From assembly GCA_964016885.1 (NCBI GenBank), contig OZ024754.1, positions 35,898,001-35,962,000 of the forward strand: a DNA stretch of 64,000 nucleotides. Direction: 5' to 3'. This DNA is from Eledone cirrhosa (taxonomy: Eukaryota). Positions within the stretch are counted from its first letter, which is position 1; the number at the start of each line of letters is the position of its first letter. The translations under genes were made by a program, and so were the position numbers. Under the pieces are notes generated by a model. The model did not search any database. It worked only from the letters and a program-made list of their open reading frames with translations, and was not told the origin of the DNA. Below, one piece after another: positions 44,690 to 58,141 of the stretch.

Positions 44690-44744
<55 letters not shown>

Positions 44745-45454
44745 TTTTGTTCATTCCATTCAAATATTTTCCTTCGGCGTTCGAGCTCATTATTTTATAT
44801 TTATTCATTTTAGTTTCCCTTTCACCCTCTTTTATTATCATTCTCTCTACCATCTGCATCATAATTACATCCAATGAACTTTAAAATATATGTCCTCACC
44901 ACTGACACAATACTCGCCGCCGCCATATCATTTTCTACACTCTATTCATTCACGACGACGCCTACCGCCACCGCCACCACCACTAACACCACCACCACCA
45001 TCACCACCACCACCACCACCATCATCATCACCACCATCACCACCACCACTAACACCACCACCACCACCACCGCCACCACCACCACCACCACCACCACCAC
45101 CCACCACCACCACCACCACCACCACCACCACTAACACCACTACCGCCACCACCACCACCACCGCCACCACTACCACTAACTCCACCACCACCACTAACAC
45201 CACCACCACCACCACTAAGATTAACGATCCATTCTCACCCAACAATTTTTTTTTCTCATTCACTCCCTTTCTTTCTTTCACTCTTTCTTTCTTTCTTTCT
45301 TTCTTTCACTCTTTCTTTCATTCTTTCTTTCTTTCCTTCTTTCTTTCTTTCCTTCTTTCTTTCTTTCTTTCTTCCTTTCTTTCACTCTTTCTTTCTTTCT
45401 TTCTTTCTTTCCACTCTTTCTTTCTTTCTTTCTTTCTTCCTTTCTTTCTTTCAC

Positions 45455-45490
<36 letters not shown>

Positions 45491-45502
45491 TCACTCTTTC
45501 AC

Positions 45503-45538
<36 letters not shown>

Positions 45539-45659
45539 TCCCTCTTTCTTTCTGTCTTTCTGTCTGTCTGTCTGTATTCCCCAATTTTGTCCTCAAGACA
45601 ATTGTCTTTAAAACGCCTCCGTTAATGTTTGCCAAACCATACTTCCTATTGAACAATAA

Positions 45660-45868
45660 TAATGGTTTCTTATATCGGCACAAGGCGGGGGTGGAGGGGA
45701 ATGTCGATTAAATCGACCCCAGTGCGTTACTGGTACTTTATTTTATCGACCCTGTACGGATGAAAGGCAAAGCTAACCTCGGTGGGATTTGAACTCAGAA
45801 CGTAAAGGCCCGTAACTCTATGCTGCAAAGCATGGTGTCTGACTCTCTACCGATACTAACGATCCGCA
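45660..45868 (-). mobile_element. SINE family A
   Basis: Matches the consensus. Confidence 0.85.
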
Positions 45869-45880
45869 TAATAATGGCTA

Positions 45881-45997
45881 CATTTATTAGCCACAAGGCC
45901 CGACATATAGGGGACAATACAAAGACAGGGACAGTGGGGTGGGGTTTACAAAAAAAATCAATTAAAAATACACAATAACAAAAACAATTAACAATGA

Positions 45998-46043
<46 letters not shown>

Positions 46044-46800
46044 AAGAACTTATTTTGTTATATATATATATATATAACAAAATAAGTTCTTCAATAGGGG
46101 GTGGGGGTTGAACCACCCAAGAGCGACTCAGGTACCACAACAATCCTGAACCACCCGACGCTTCGAAGGTACCCGGGAAGGGCACCCCCTCTCCCCCTCA
46201 AATTAACCAGCCGACAGATGCATGCTCAGAGTAGGTCCATTCACACGGGCCATTCTAACAACATTCACCCACCTTTCAGAAATCTACTAGAGGGCAGCAC
46301 TTCTTTCTCCACCCTCACCTTCCATTCCAAGTGAAACTTGAAAAACTTGATTAGGGATTCGCCGAAGAGAAAAGTATCTGTCTTCAGTCCTTTCAACCTG
46401 GTCCACCATACAACCTCTTTCGTAACCGCCACCAGACAAGGGAACCTTGCCTGCCCTTCCCGGCCAAAAGAAGGCGGCGTGGCGATCTTCACTATGGGCT
46501 CGGTCATTAATGCACGGACACTGAACGGGTGTGTGAAGAACGTTTTCGTCTCCGGCAGGTCCGTCTGACAGCTCTTACGTGCCTATAGAGTTTATCCAGA
46601 ACCGGTAGTGCCCCCCTCCCCCCGGTTATACTGCGAGGGATTTCTGGAAGTCACCCAAAGTCCTCTGGAACAGACTAGTCAGTTCGACTTCGTCAACGAC
46701 CAGAGCCTCTCCGAGTCGTCGCACTTACCCACCACTAAGTCGATCGATACAAATCGTACTTTGAGTTTATCAATCGCGAAACACGTGTCACACACGTAGA
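45881..46800 (-). mobile_element. Deleted Tx1-type copy, same subfamily as 11095-12030
   Basis: TKEVVWWTRLKGL...FFKFHLEWKVRVEKEVL; 3'UTR similar to 11100-11340; head-to-head with the full-length element. Confidence 0.87.
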
Positions 46801-47033
46801 AACATCTATCTATCTATCTATCTATCTATCTTGATAGAGTAAGACACGCTTCGCATCGGCTCCGCTATTCCATCGGGATTTACCCTTACTATTGTAAGTA
46901 CCGGATAAATTTTTTAGTGCAACACATTTGGAACACTAACCCCTGTTATTTAGGGAAACATTTTTGCATTTACCCCCTTTTTAGGGGGTAAAATAAATAT
47001 CTATTTTTGCCGAAAAATTTCTTTCTTGGCAGC

Positions 47034-48869
47034 ATGGCGGAAAAGATGGCAGACATGTCTGCCATTAGCTCTGCCACGCCCCCCAAGTCTGAAGAACAAA
47101 AAATAATTACAACAAAATTAGACATTGAAACAAACAAACAAAATGAAAAAACAAATGTTAAGGAAAATGAGCAAACAGAAAACAAACAAACAGAAAATAA
47201 TACAAATAACGACAGGGCAACTTTCGCCCAGAAAACAAAGCAATCCATTACATACACACCAATTGACCTAACTGCCGCCAGAGAAAAACTGGCCGAAGCA
47301 AAGAAACATATTGTTTTGGGGGAAAACGGAATGTTTTCCATTAACTCCCCCCCAGAATTCAAGAAAGCCAGAGCAGAAAACACAGTTATATACAGAACTA
47401 TACTAAACCAGTCAAGAAAGCCAGCACAGCCCAGCCAAATGGAAATAGAGTTAGTCCTAAAAGACTATATGAAGAATATTCTCTTCATACGAAAGGACCG
47501 ACTCTATGGCAGCATTTCGGTCCTAACAAGAGACAAAGAAACGGCGGTTCAGCTTTCCCTAAGCCCACTCTCGTCGACAACATATAGCTTCTATCCCTCC
47601 TACATGGGTAGAAGAACACAGAGGGTAAAAGTAAAAACAATGCTGCCCACAATGGACTTCTGGTGGGCTATTGCTGGCTTCATTGATATGGGCGAAGACA
47701 CTATGCTGTCAATGGGGAAGGCAACTGGAGATGCGTTCCTGGGAATGGGCCTCGACATACTAGTCCAAATGAGGCCCGAAAGAATAGCACAAATCCCGGA
47801 TCGCATCTGGCTGGATGACCTTACCCCAATAGACATAATTGTAGAGGGGAGAAGACCAGCATGCTATTTATGCATGGAAAGGGGACACGTTAAGGCTAAC
47901 TGCCCGAAACGTATCCCCCAAAAAGGACTATTGCCCACACCCACCACAAACAGTACACCAGCACCACCCACCTCCAAAAATACACTAATACCACACACAG
48001 CAAACAAAATACAGACACCACCAACCACAAACACAACACAAACATCACCACCACCAGCACCAAACACAAGCACGACACAAAAATCACCACCACCAACCAC
48101 AACACAAACATCACCACCACCATTACCAACCACAAGCACGACACAAACATTACCACCACCACCACCACAAAACCCATTCCAAACAAATAATAAAAAAAAC
48201 AGTAACAAATCTACCCCTCCCGCAAAAAAAAAACAACCACACAACACGTCCCTCCCACCTAGCGCTGAAGAGTTTCCCCCAACTTCTGAAGAAGAAGGAG
48301 GAGAAGCCTTCAGACAAGTTAAAAGAAAAAAAAGAAAACACACACCCAGCACACCACAAATAACCCACACACAAACACCAACTCCAATCAAAAACACCCC
48401 ACCCTCAACAAACAAAAATAAATCTGCGCCTCCCCTCTCCGAAACATTGACAGCATCACAAAAAAAGACGTTGCAATACACATATATAAATAAAGAAAAC
48501 AAAAAACTGGTTAAATTAATAAACAATAACCCTATGGTGCAGACCGAAGGGCCAAACTTTATCTCAACAGAGAACTTCACCCATTTAAAAATGATAAAGG
48601 TCCCTCTGGACCTTTATCGTTCCTTAAAAGAACAATTTAGACGGGACGTGAGCCCCCCCTGTTTAAAACCGTTGAATCGCGTCCTCTTGAAAGATTTCCC
48701 CATAACCGCCCCTCTCCCTGACACAACTCCAAATACCCCAACCCCACCACACACGTGTACCCCCACACCACCACAAAACATCCCTCCACCCAACACACCT
48801 GATGCCATGGAAATTACGCAACCCGGAGAGGTAAGTGCTTTTCTTTCTTCACTTTCAACACCAAAATAG
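47034..48869 (+). CDS. LINE ORF1 gag-like nucleic-acid-binding protein
   Basis: Open frame from ATG 47034 (MAEKMADM) with CX2CX4HX4C knuckle CYLCMERGHVKANC, Pro/Thr-rich tail and basic stretch KRKKRK; lies directly upstream of ORF2. Confidence 0.88.
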   Translation: MAEKMADMSAISSATPPKSEEQKIITTKLDIETNKQNEKTNVKENEQTENKQTENNTNNDRATFAQKTKQSITYTPIDLTAAREKLAEAKKHIVLGENGMFSINSPPEFKKARAENTVIYRTILNQSRKPAQPSQMEIELVLKDYMKNILFIRKDRLYGSISVLTRDKETAVQLSLSPLSSTTYSFYPSYMGRRTQRVKVKTMLPTMDFWWAIAGFIDMGEDTMLSMGKATGDAFLGMGLDILVQMRPERIAQIPDRIWLDDLTPIDIIVEGRRPACYLCMERGHVKANCPKRIPQKGLLPTPTTNSTPAPPTSKNTLIPHTANKIQTPPTTNTTQTSPPPAPNTSTTQKSPPPTTTQTSPPPLPTTSTTQTLPPPPPQNPFQTNNKKNSNKSTPPAKKKQPHNTSLPPSAEEFPPTSEEEGGEAFRQVKRKKRKHTPSTPQITHTQTPTPIKNTPPSTNKNKSAPPLSETLTASQKKTLQYTYINKENKKLVKLINNNPMVQTEGPNFISTENFTHLKMIKVPLDLYRSLKEQFRRDVSPPCLKPLNRVLLKDFPITAPLPDTTPNTPTPPHTCTPTPPQNIPPPNTPDAMEITQPGEVSAFLSSLSTPK

Positions 48870-51800
48870 ATCAATTGAGAGTTGGCTGTTTGAACGCGCG
48901 TGGCCTGAGCTCAGCTTGGAAGCAAGCAAAGCTTCTAAGTGACCTCAGGTCACAAAGTATAGATGTGATGGTTGTTTGCGAGAGTCGGATCAGCAGCGTG
49001 AGACAGCTGGCGCCCGCCTTCGATGACTTTGAGATACACGCATCTCTCTGTCAACCCGGAGGCGGGGGGGGGGGGGAGTTGCCGTACTGCTGGATAAACG
49101 TCTGACTCTCGACGTACAGATTGTTCACTCGGACCCGGGGGGTCGATTACTGGTGCTGGACGTCGGAGGTGGTGAAGGCGGGGCTTTCAGACTGGTCGGT
49201 CTTTATGCTCCCTTCGGGGCGGAGAGAGCCGACTTCTTCCAACGTCTGGAGACTTTTCTAGGAACGTCGCGTTCCCTGCTTTTAGTGGGGGACTGGAATG
49301 GAATCCTAGATGCGCGTTGGGACTATGCAGGGGCATGTCCCGATAGAGGGGGGTGTAGCAGCCTCAAGGGGTTACTCGATCGATTCGACCTGGTCGATAG
49401 ATTTCGACTAGATTGTCCAACTGCGCCAACCTGGACCTGGGCAAACCGCAGTGGACAATCTAGATCGTACCTAGATAGGTTTTTGGTTAGGAGTAAGGAT
49501 AGGGACGTATTTAGTTGTCCAGAACTGATCATGGTTGGCTATTCAGATCACAAATTAGTGACCTGCGTGGTCAACCTTGATAGAACGCATAGACAGGGTC
49601 CCGGTTACTGGAAGATGAACTTGTCCTTACCGACAAAGAAAGATTACAGAAACCGGATTAGTAGCTTAGTTAAGATGCGGTTGACGGGAGCGATCGTCAA
49701 CAGTAGGTGGTGGATATCTCTAAAGAGAGAGATTAGAGTAAGTTCGATAGGTTACAGTAAGGAACTAGCGGCGAATAGAAATAGGAGGGAAAGGGAGTTA
49801 ACAGATAAACTAGAAGAGGCGATTAGGAGCGGAGACGTAGCCAGAGTGTTAGCGACGAGAACGGCATTGAGCCAGTTCTTTGACGCGAAGCACGAAGGCT
49901 GCGTTGTCCGAAGTAAAATACGTGCTTTAGGAAACGAGGGGACCAAAGCTGTTAGCTGGGCCCGCGTGACAGAAGCCAAGAGTGGGATTAAATCCACCAT
50001 TCGGTCTTTGCGAGACCAGGATGGACGGGTGATCCTTGAACCTGAGCGAATGTGCGAGACCTTTCAAAGGCACTTTGCTCGACTGTTCGGAGGTGGCGGG
50101 GGGCCGGACGGGGATGTGGACTTCGGTCCATACCTCGACGGTCTACCGCGTCTTTCGAGCGGCGAAGCGGAGTGCTGCGAAGGGCCAATCACAGCCACTG
50201 AAATCGGGGAAGCGCTCAGCCAATGCAGCAGACGCAAATCCCCGGGTCTCGATGGTCTACCATACGAACTTTATTTAGCTATGCCGGTCTTGTTCTCCGA
50301 ACTCCTCGAGGCTGTCTATTGCAACTGGCAACAGAACGGGAGAATTCCCTGTTCTGTGACCAAGGGCGTGGTCACGCTAGTGAGGAAGGACGAGAGCAAG
50401 GGGGACGACTTAAGTAACTTTAGGCCCATAACTCTGCTGAATGCAGAGTTACAGATTTTGGCCAAGGTGTTGGCGAAGAGGTTGGCGCTTGTGGTGGGTG
50501 GTTTGGTGGGAGACGCGCAGACATGCGCTATCCCGTCCAGGTCCATTCACGACAACCTCCACCTCATGCGATACATCATAGAGAGGGTTGGCTACGAACC
50601 CGGCTTTGGTGGGGCCCTGATCAACTTGGATCAATCTAAGGCGTTCGATAGGGTCGACCATGGTTACCTGGATGCGGTGCTAGCGGCGGCGGGCTTCGGA
50701 CCCGTTTTCAGGGGCTGGATTTCTGCCATGCACAGTGGCAACATCTACTCTAGGATTAAAGTAAACGGCTACCTCTCGGAGCCGTTTCAAATCACCCGAT
50801 CCATCAGACAGGGGTGCCCCCTCTCCTCCCTTCTGTACGTATTGACTCTCGAGCCACTGCTGCGGAAGTTGGAGTTGCTGCGGGGCATACCCCTGGAACC
50901 GGGATTGCACAAAGCGGTCTCGGCCTATGCCGACGACGTAACAGTAATGGTGGCGGACGCCTCGGAAATCGGGGCGATCGCCACCCTACTGGAGGAATAC
51001 GAAAGGCTGACGGGGGCTAAGCTGAACCAGGACAAGTCAGTCGGTTTGCAACTCGGAACGTGGAGGGGCAAACCGATGCCGTTAGACGGTGTCGTCGGGC
51101 GGTGGACGGAGGGCCCGGTGAAGCTGCTCGGGGTCTGGTTCGGACCGGACCTCCAGGTGGAGAAGAATTGGGGCGAGGTGACGAGCAGGGTGTTTGCGCT
51201 GACCCAGAAGTGGGCCAAGTGCAAACTATCACTGAAAGGTAGGGCGGAGGTGACGAACGCTTACATAGCGTCCGTCATCTACTACCGCCTGACCGTCGTG
51301 CCTTGCCCCAAGGAAAAGCTCACCATCATGGAACGCATGCTGCTCTTCCAGTTCCTCTGGAAGAAGCGGCCTCCCATGGTGAGGAGATCCATCTGCTGCC
51401 AGCACCCTTCGAAAGGAGGGCTGGGTATGCCGTGGCTGTTGATGCGTAGGCACGCATTGAGGCTACGGCATCTACAGGTATTCCTCAACGGTCAGCCGGT
51501 GTGGGCCCCGTTTGTGAGGCGAGCCTTCCCACAGCTCGTCTCGCTCACCGAACTGCAATCCTGGGTGAAGCAAAGACCGAGAAAACTGGGCAACTGGCAC
51601 ACTGAGTGTGCCCAGGCGCTCACGGCTATCTGGCAAGCGGACCCGACTGTCAGTGGAGAATCCACCTCGACATTCTATAGAGGGTTGGTGGCTAGCAGGG
51701 GCGACGACACCCTTGGAGAGTCGCTAGGCATGGAGGAGGACGAACTGGCCAGCCTGTTCGGTAGAACTTTCGGCCCGGGACCCATGGACAACTTCCAGAG

Positions 51801-52311
51801 GTCCCTAGCCTGGCAGTGTTACCGGGGGGCTCTGCCCGTTCGAGAAAAGCTCTACAGACACGGGCGCCCGGGCAGGGATCCCGCGAAAAAGATCTGTCCC
51901 AGATGCGTGCGCGACGAGGAAACCGTTGCGCATGCACTGGTACACTGCCCGGGCGTTGCCGATCTGTGGGGCTACGTCGAACGACTGCTGTCGCGTGTGG
52001 CGCCGATTCGATTAACCGCCGAGTCTGTGGTGAACATCAAGCCGCCTCCTCCCTTCAGAAATGAAGCAGAGGCGGTCTTTCTGTGCGTAATAGCCATGAT
52101 GAAAGAGGTTGTGTGGTGGACGCGCCTGAAAGGTCTGAGGTCGGGTGACTTTCTCTCCGGCCATCACCTGGTTTACTTCTTCCGATACCACTTCGGAAGA
52201 AGAATCAGGATGGAGAGAGAAGTGCTTGGTCCCAGACAGTTTTATGAAAGGTGGGTGAAAGAAGCGAGAATGGCCCGTGTAAATGGGCCTTCTCTCTACA
52301 TTGTTCTGTAG
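48866..52311 (+). CDS. LINE ORF2 APE endonuclease / reverse transcriptase; one frameshift at G13 run 49064-49076 and no ATG at its start
   Basis: APE motifs CLNARGL, GDWN, SYLDRF, YSDH; RT motifs KSPGLDG, FRPITLLN, LDQSKAFDRV, RQGCPLS, AYADD; C-terminal CPRC...ETVAHALVHC. ORFs 48875-49105 and 49153-52311 join across the G run (…GG/VAVLLDKRL). Confidence 0.92.
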
Positions 52312-52542
52312 GTGAAGAAATGAAGAGGAAAGGGGGAGCGCCTCCTCTCTGGGCTTCCCCCGCGAAAAGAGTTGCACACTTTTCGGGGGTATGTGCAATC
52401 CCCAACACGCCCCCTCCCTTTTGAGGACTTTTTATTGTTATATTATTATTGTTATTCCTTTTTTCTTTACTCGATTTATGTAAACTCCCCCACTGTGTAA
52501 ATGTCCCCTTCTTTTGTGCCCTCGTGGCAAATAAATAGGAAT

Positions 52543-52636
<94 letters not shown>

Positions 52637-52659
52637 ATCTATTTATATATCTATCTATC

Positions 52660-52918
52660 AATCTGTTTATAAGCCTGTAGGTTGAGGAAGAGAGCAAAAG
52701 GAAGAAAGGAGCACTTGCACAACACGCTCCTGGAGTTGAGGGTTGTTCTATCGACGGGGTATTAAACAACCCATTTGTGGCGCCTCCCCCTTATTGGGGA
52801 TTTCGATTGTTGTAATTGTTTGTTTTTTATATTTTTTACACGACTGCATGTAAAATCCCCGGCATGTCTTTGTATTGACCCCTTTTCTTGTTGCGCCCTT
52901 GTAGCCAATAAAGAAATC
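52660..52918 (+). mobile_element. 5'-truncated Tx1-type LINE 3' end
   Basis: Matches the 3' end of the 59182-60300 copy; ends GCCAATAAAGAAA followed by TCTATCTATC; TCTA repeats on both sides. Confidence 0.8.
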
Positions 52919-52933
52919 TATCTATCTATATTT

Positions 52934-53326
52934 ATGGGTAGACTGATTCTTTTTTTCAAATACCACTTTGGAAGAAGAATCAGGATGGAGAGAGAGGTGC
53001 TGTACCCCAGCAAGTTTTATGAGAGGTGGGTGAAATTGGCGAGAATGGCCCGAGTGAATGGGCCTTCTCTCTATATCAGCCTGTAGGTTGAGGAAAAGGA
53101 GGAGGAGAGGAAAGGAGTACAAACTCTTCGTACTCCTGGAGATGAGGGTTTCACATTTTTTCGGGGGTATGTGTTACCCATATGAACTGTCTCCTCCTAT
53201 TGGGGAAAATCGACTAATTTTTTTAAATTACATTTGTGATAACATTTTACACGTTTTTATTGTATGTAAACTTCCCCCTTTGTATTTGTCCCCTTCTTTT
53301 GTGCCCCTGTGGCTAATAAAGAAACA
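52934..53326 (+). mobile_element. 5'-truncated Tx1-type LINE 3' end
   Basis: Encodes FFKYHFGRRIRMEREVL...MARVNGPSLYISL, nearly identical to the ORF2 C-terminus; 3'UTR ends GGCTAATAAAGAAACATATCTA. Confidence 0.88.
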
Positions 53327-53436
53327 TATCTATATTTTTGGGTAGACGTGTGACGGTACGCTGGTGAGTTTTTTTAATTTTCTACCAGAAAATCAAGATC
53401 GATAGATCGATAGATACTTAGCTTGTAGATATAGTA

Positions 53437-54820
53437 ATGAAAGTGATGATAGTGGTGATGTTGTTGATGAGGGTGATGGTGATGACAAAGATGCTGGTGG
53501 TGGTGGTGGTGGTTTTCATAATGATGTTCTTAATGATAAGGATGATGATGGTGGTGGTGAGGATGATGGTGGTGGTGTTGATGGTGGTGGTGGTGGTGGT
53601 GGTGGTTGTGATGGTGGTGGTGTTGATGGTGGTGGTGGTGGTGGTGGTGGTTGTGATGGTGGTGGTGTTGATGGTGGTGGTGGTGGTGGTGGTGGTTGTG
53701 ATGGTGGTGATGGTGGTGATGGTGGTGATGGTGGTGATGGTTGTGGTGGTGGTGGTGGTGGTTGTGATGGTGGTGGTGTTGATGGTGGTGGTGGTGGTGG
53801 TGGTGGTTGTGATGGTGGTGGTGTTGATGGTGGTGGTGGTGGTTGTGATGATTATAGTGATGATGATGATTATGTTGTTGGATGATTATGTTGGTGATAA
53901 TGATGGTGACTGTGTTGATGATGATGATGATAATGGCGGTGGTAGTGGTGGTGGTGGTGGTGGTGGTGGTGGTGGTAGTTGTGGTGGTGATAATGATGAT
54001 GAAGATAATGAAGATGATGATGATGACGACGGTGGTGGTGGTGGTGGTGGTGGTGGTGGTGGTGGTGGTGGTGGTGGTGGTAGTAGTGGTGGTGGTGGTG
54101 GTGGTAGTAGTAGTGGTGGTGGTAGTAGTGGTGGTGTTGGTGGTGGTAGTAGCGGTAGTGGTGGTGGTAGTAGTGGTGGTGGTGGTGGTTGTGCTGGTGG
54201 TGGTGGTAGTAGTGGTGGTGGTGGTGGCGGTAGTAGTGGTGGTGGTGGTGGTGGTGGTTGTGCTGGTGGTGGTGGTAGTAGTGGTGGTGGTGGTAGTAGT
54301 GGTGATGTTGGTGGTGGTAGTAGTGGTGGTGGTGGTGGTGGTAGTAGTGGTGTTGGTGGTGGTAGTAGTGGTGGTGTTGGTGGTGGTAGTAGTGGTGGTG
54401 GTGGTGGTGGTAGTAGTGGTGTTGGTGGTGGTAGTAGTGGTGGTGTTGGTGGTGGTAGTAGTGGTGGTGGTGGTGGTGGTAGTAGTGGTGTTGGTGGTGG
54501 TAGTAGTGGTGATGTTGGTGGTGGTAGTAGTGGTGGTGGTGGTGGTGGTAGTAGTGGTGTTGGTGGTGGTAGTAGTGGTGGTGTTGGTGGTGGTAGTAGT
54601 GGTGGTGGTGGTGGTAGTAGTGGTAGTGGTGGTGGTAGTGGTGGTGGTGGCAGTAGTGGTGGTGGTGGTGGTGGTGGTGGTAGTAGTGGTAGTGGTGGTG
54701 GTGTGGGAGGTGATGGTGGTGGTGGTGGTGGTGGTGGTGGTGGTAGTAGTGGTGGTGGTGGTGGTGGTGTGGGAGTAGTAGTGGTAGTGGTGGTGGTGTG
54801 GGAGGTGATGATGATTATGA
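53437..54820. repeat. (GGT/GAT/AGT)n compound microsatellite
   Basis: Direct reading. Confidence 0.95.
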
Positions 54821-55511
54821 AGTAAAAATAAATTTCTACCAATAAATCCTGGAGCATTACTGCACACGAAATCAACCGGAACATAAACGAAGCATGCCAC
54901 TGTAGGATGGGACGGGGTCTGTGGAGTGTCGGGGCTATGTGAAATATCCATTGACTGAAGCACTGTAATGATGGCACACTAGAACAATCTCCCACATAGA
55001 GAGGGGGGAGAGAGAGGGAGGGGAAGAGAGAACGTGTGAGAGTGTGAGAGAGTGAGAGAGAGAGAAAGAGAGAAAGAGAGAAAGAGAGAAGGAGAGAAAG
55101 AGAGAAAGAGAGAGTGAGAAGGAGAGAGAGAGAAAGAGAGAAGGAGAGAAAAAGAGAATGAGAGAAAGAGAGAAAGAGAGAAATAGAGAAAGAGAGAAAG
55201 AGAGAGTGAGAGGGAGAGAGAGAGAGAAAGAGAGAAGGAGAGAAAGAGAGAAAGAGAGAAAGAGAGAGTGAGAGGGAGAGAGAGAGAGAAAGAGAGAAGG
55301 AGAGAAAGAGAGAAAGAGAGAAAGAGAGAAATAGAGAAAGAGAGAAAAAGAGAGTGAGAGGGAGAGAGAGAGAAAGAGAGAAGGAGAGAAAAAGAGAATG
55401 AGAGAAAGAGAGGAGAGAAAAAGAGATTGGGGGAGAGAGAGCGCGTGGGAGAGTGAGAGTGAGAGAGAGTGTGTGGCGGAGAGAGGGAGAGCGTGTGGGA
55501 GAGTGAGATAG

Positions 55512-55551
<40 letters not shown>

Positions 55552-55567
55552 GGGGAGAGAGAGAGGG

Positions 55568-55598
<31 letters not shown>

Positions 55599-55876
55599 GA
55601 GAGAGAGAGAGATCTGCAACATACGTTGCAGAAACACATACATAAATTCACAAACATATATACACACGCATGCGTGTAGAGATAAACATCAACATTTCAC
55701 ATGTAATATATACATACCTACAAATATATACAAATATATACAAATATATGAGTAAATAAACTGATGCATAAATAAATATATACAGAACACATAAGCCACA
55801 GAGGGGAGACAAACCCCCCCCCCCCCATACATATATATATATGTGTGTGTGTTTGTGTGTGTGTGTGTGTATTTAT

Positions 55877-55985
<109 letters not shown>

Positions 55986-56037
55986 CATATATATTGAGGG
56001 TGAAAGCAGCGATTCTTTGCCTTAATATGTTATTTTA

Positions 56038-56099
<62 letters not shown>

Positions 56100-56119
56100 A
56101 TGTGTATATATACCGCACG

Positions 56120-56600
56120 CAGGGAAACACACATACACACACACAGCCAAACACTCACACACAGAAACACTGACATACACACACACACACACACACACAC
56201 AGTCAAACACTGACACACACAAACATTGGCATACACACAAACATACACACACACAGCCAAACACTGACACACACAAACACTGACATACACACAAACATAC
56301 ACACACACACACACACAGCCAAACACTGACACACAGAAACACTGACATACATACAAACATACACACACACACACACAGCCAAACACTGACACACACAAAC
56401 ACCGACATACACAAACATACACACACACACACACACAGCCAAACACTGACACACACAAGCATTGGCATACACACAAACATACACACACACACACACACAC
56501 AGCCAAACACTGACACACACAAACACTGACATACACACAAACATACACACACACAACCAAACACTGACACACACAAACACTGACATACACACAAACACAT
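56120..56600. repeat. CA-rich minisatellite, ~60-bp unit
   Basis: CAGCCAAACACTGACACACA recurs about eight times. Confidence 0.9.
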
Positions 56601-56740
56601 AATCCTAGGAAGAAAGTCTTTGGTGTTCAGAAGTCCGTGAAGTAGCAGCCATTGCTGATGACGCCATTAAAATGGTCGCTGACTATTTAATAATGATGTC
56701 GATAACAACAATTGAAACAATAACAACACAACACAATAAA

Positions 56741-56772
<32 letters not shown>

Positions 56773-57457
56773 CACTACTACCACTGCGACCGCCGCTATC
56801 ACCACCACCACCACCACTTCAGCCACCGCAGCCGCCGCCACCAGTACCACCATTAACACCAACACCATCATCATCCCCACCACCACCACTAGCGCCACCA
56901 CCACCACCACCACCACCACCAAGACCACCACCACCTCTACCGCCACCAGCACCATCACCACCACTAACATCACCGCCACTACCACCACCACCACCACCAA
57001 CATCACCGCCACTACCACCACTTCCACCAACATCACCGCCACTACCACACCACTTCCACCGCCACTACCACCACTCCCCCCCCACCAACATCACTGCCAC
57101 TACCACCACTTCCACCAACATCACCGCCACTACCACACCACTTCCACCGCCACTACCACCACTCCCCCCCACCAACATCACTGCCACTACCACCACTTCC
57201 ACCAACATCACCGCCACTACCACTGCCACCACTACCAACACCGCTATCACCAAGACCACCACGCATGGCGTCCGGCCCTCTACCGATACTGCCAATCCAC
57301 CAATCATAATAACTCGGAACGTAAAGGGCCTTAACTCTATGCTGCAAAGCATGGAGTCTGACGCTCTACAGATATTGAGGCACAAGGCCAACAATTTTGG
57401 GGGTAGGGAAATTCGATTAAACCGACGGGTATATTATTTTATCGACCCCGTAAGGTG

Positions 57458-58120
57458 TTCGATATAAATTCCCAAATCAGCAATGCTCGGACACTGGACG
57501 AGTGTATGCAGGAAGGTTTCGTCAGGCTAACATGGAATGTTTTCTTAAAGACCACTGAAATGGCCGCAAAACTATCTGAACCTTGCTAAGTTTTGTGTCT
57601 CTAGCATACTTTCCTTTAGTGTTCTTTTAATATCTGTTTGTTTTGCTGGCTCCGGCCGTTCCGTGTTTGTGGACATTCATTTGTAAATTACCGTCATTTA
57701 TGTTTTCACTGTTGGTGGTGTTGTTATTGCCATTATTGTTGTTGTTGTTGTTGTTGCTGCTGTTGGCCATACTGCCCAATATGGTGCTGGTGTTTGCAAT
57801 GGTTGTGTGAGGGGTGGTGTTACTCCGCTCGACGTTTAAGTCGCTGTCACATGCTGTCACTTGACAGTTGAGTTAACGGGGTGAGGCGTGTCTGGTTCAA
57901 CTTCTTTTTTTTTTTAGGAAAAGAAATTAAAATAAAAAATATAGTTCAAAAATTTTTGACCAAAAGTCCCAAATATTATGGGGTCACCTTTATATAGGGC
58001 AAAGACGGGACTCTTATGACCCCTTTGTCACAAAAAATACAACAATTAATTCAATGCAAAAGCTTGAAAATTAACCAACTCACGGAGCTCACAAAAACAC
58101 GTCTTCACAGTCCGACAACC
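57458..58120 (-). mobile_element. Putative head plus small ORF2 fragment of a deleted Tx1-type element
   Basis: 57470-57525 translates DETFLHTLVQCPSIADL (cf. ETVAHALVHCPGVADL); 57826-58120 is homologous to 12024-12230; (AAT)n at 58121. Confidence 0.55.
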
Positions 58121-58141
58121 AATAATAATAATAATAATAAT

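Larger units (their letters stand above)
46831..52543 (+). mobile_element. Near full-length non-LTR retrotransposon, L1/Tx1 clade (5'UTR, ORF1, ORF2, 3'UTR), inserted in (TCTA)n
   Basis: Two adjacent ORFs (zinc-knuckle ORF1; APE-RT-CCHC ORF2), AATAAA at ~52530, and (TCTA)n directly abutting both ends (46804-46830, 52544-52660). Confidence 0.93.

Noticed and set aside
48831-48869. GTAAGT donor and nearby AG as an intron fusing ORF1 to ORF2
   Set aside because: Only 39 nt long, and splicing would lead to an in-frame TGA rather than the ORF2 frame.
49323-52408. Short antisense and alternative-frame ORFs within ORF2
   Set aside because: Shadow ORFs of GC-rich coding sequence.
57627-57860. Asn-rich 77-aa ORF as a host first exon
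   Set aside because: It lies between a repeat-shared head and a Tx1 fragment, so an element origin is more economical.
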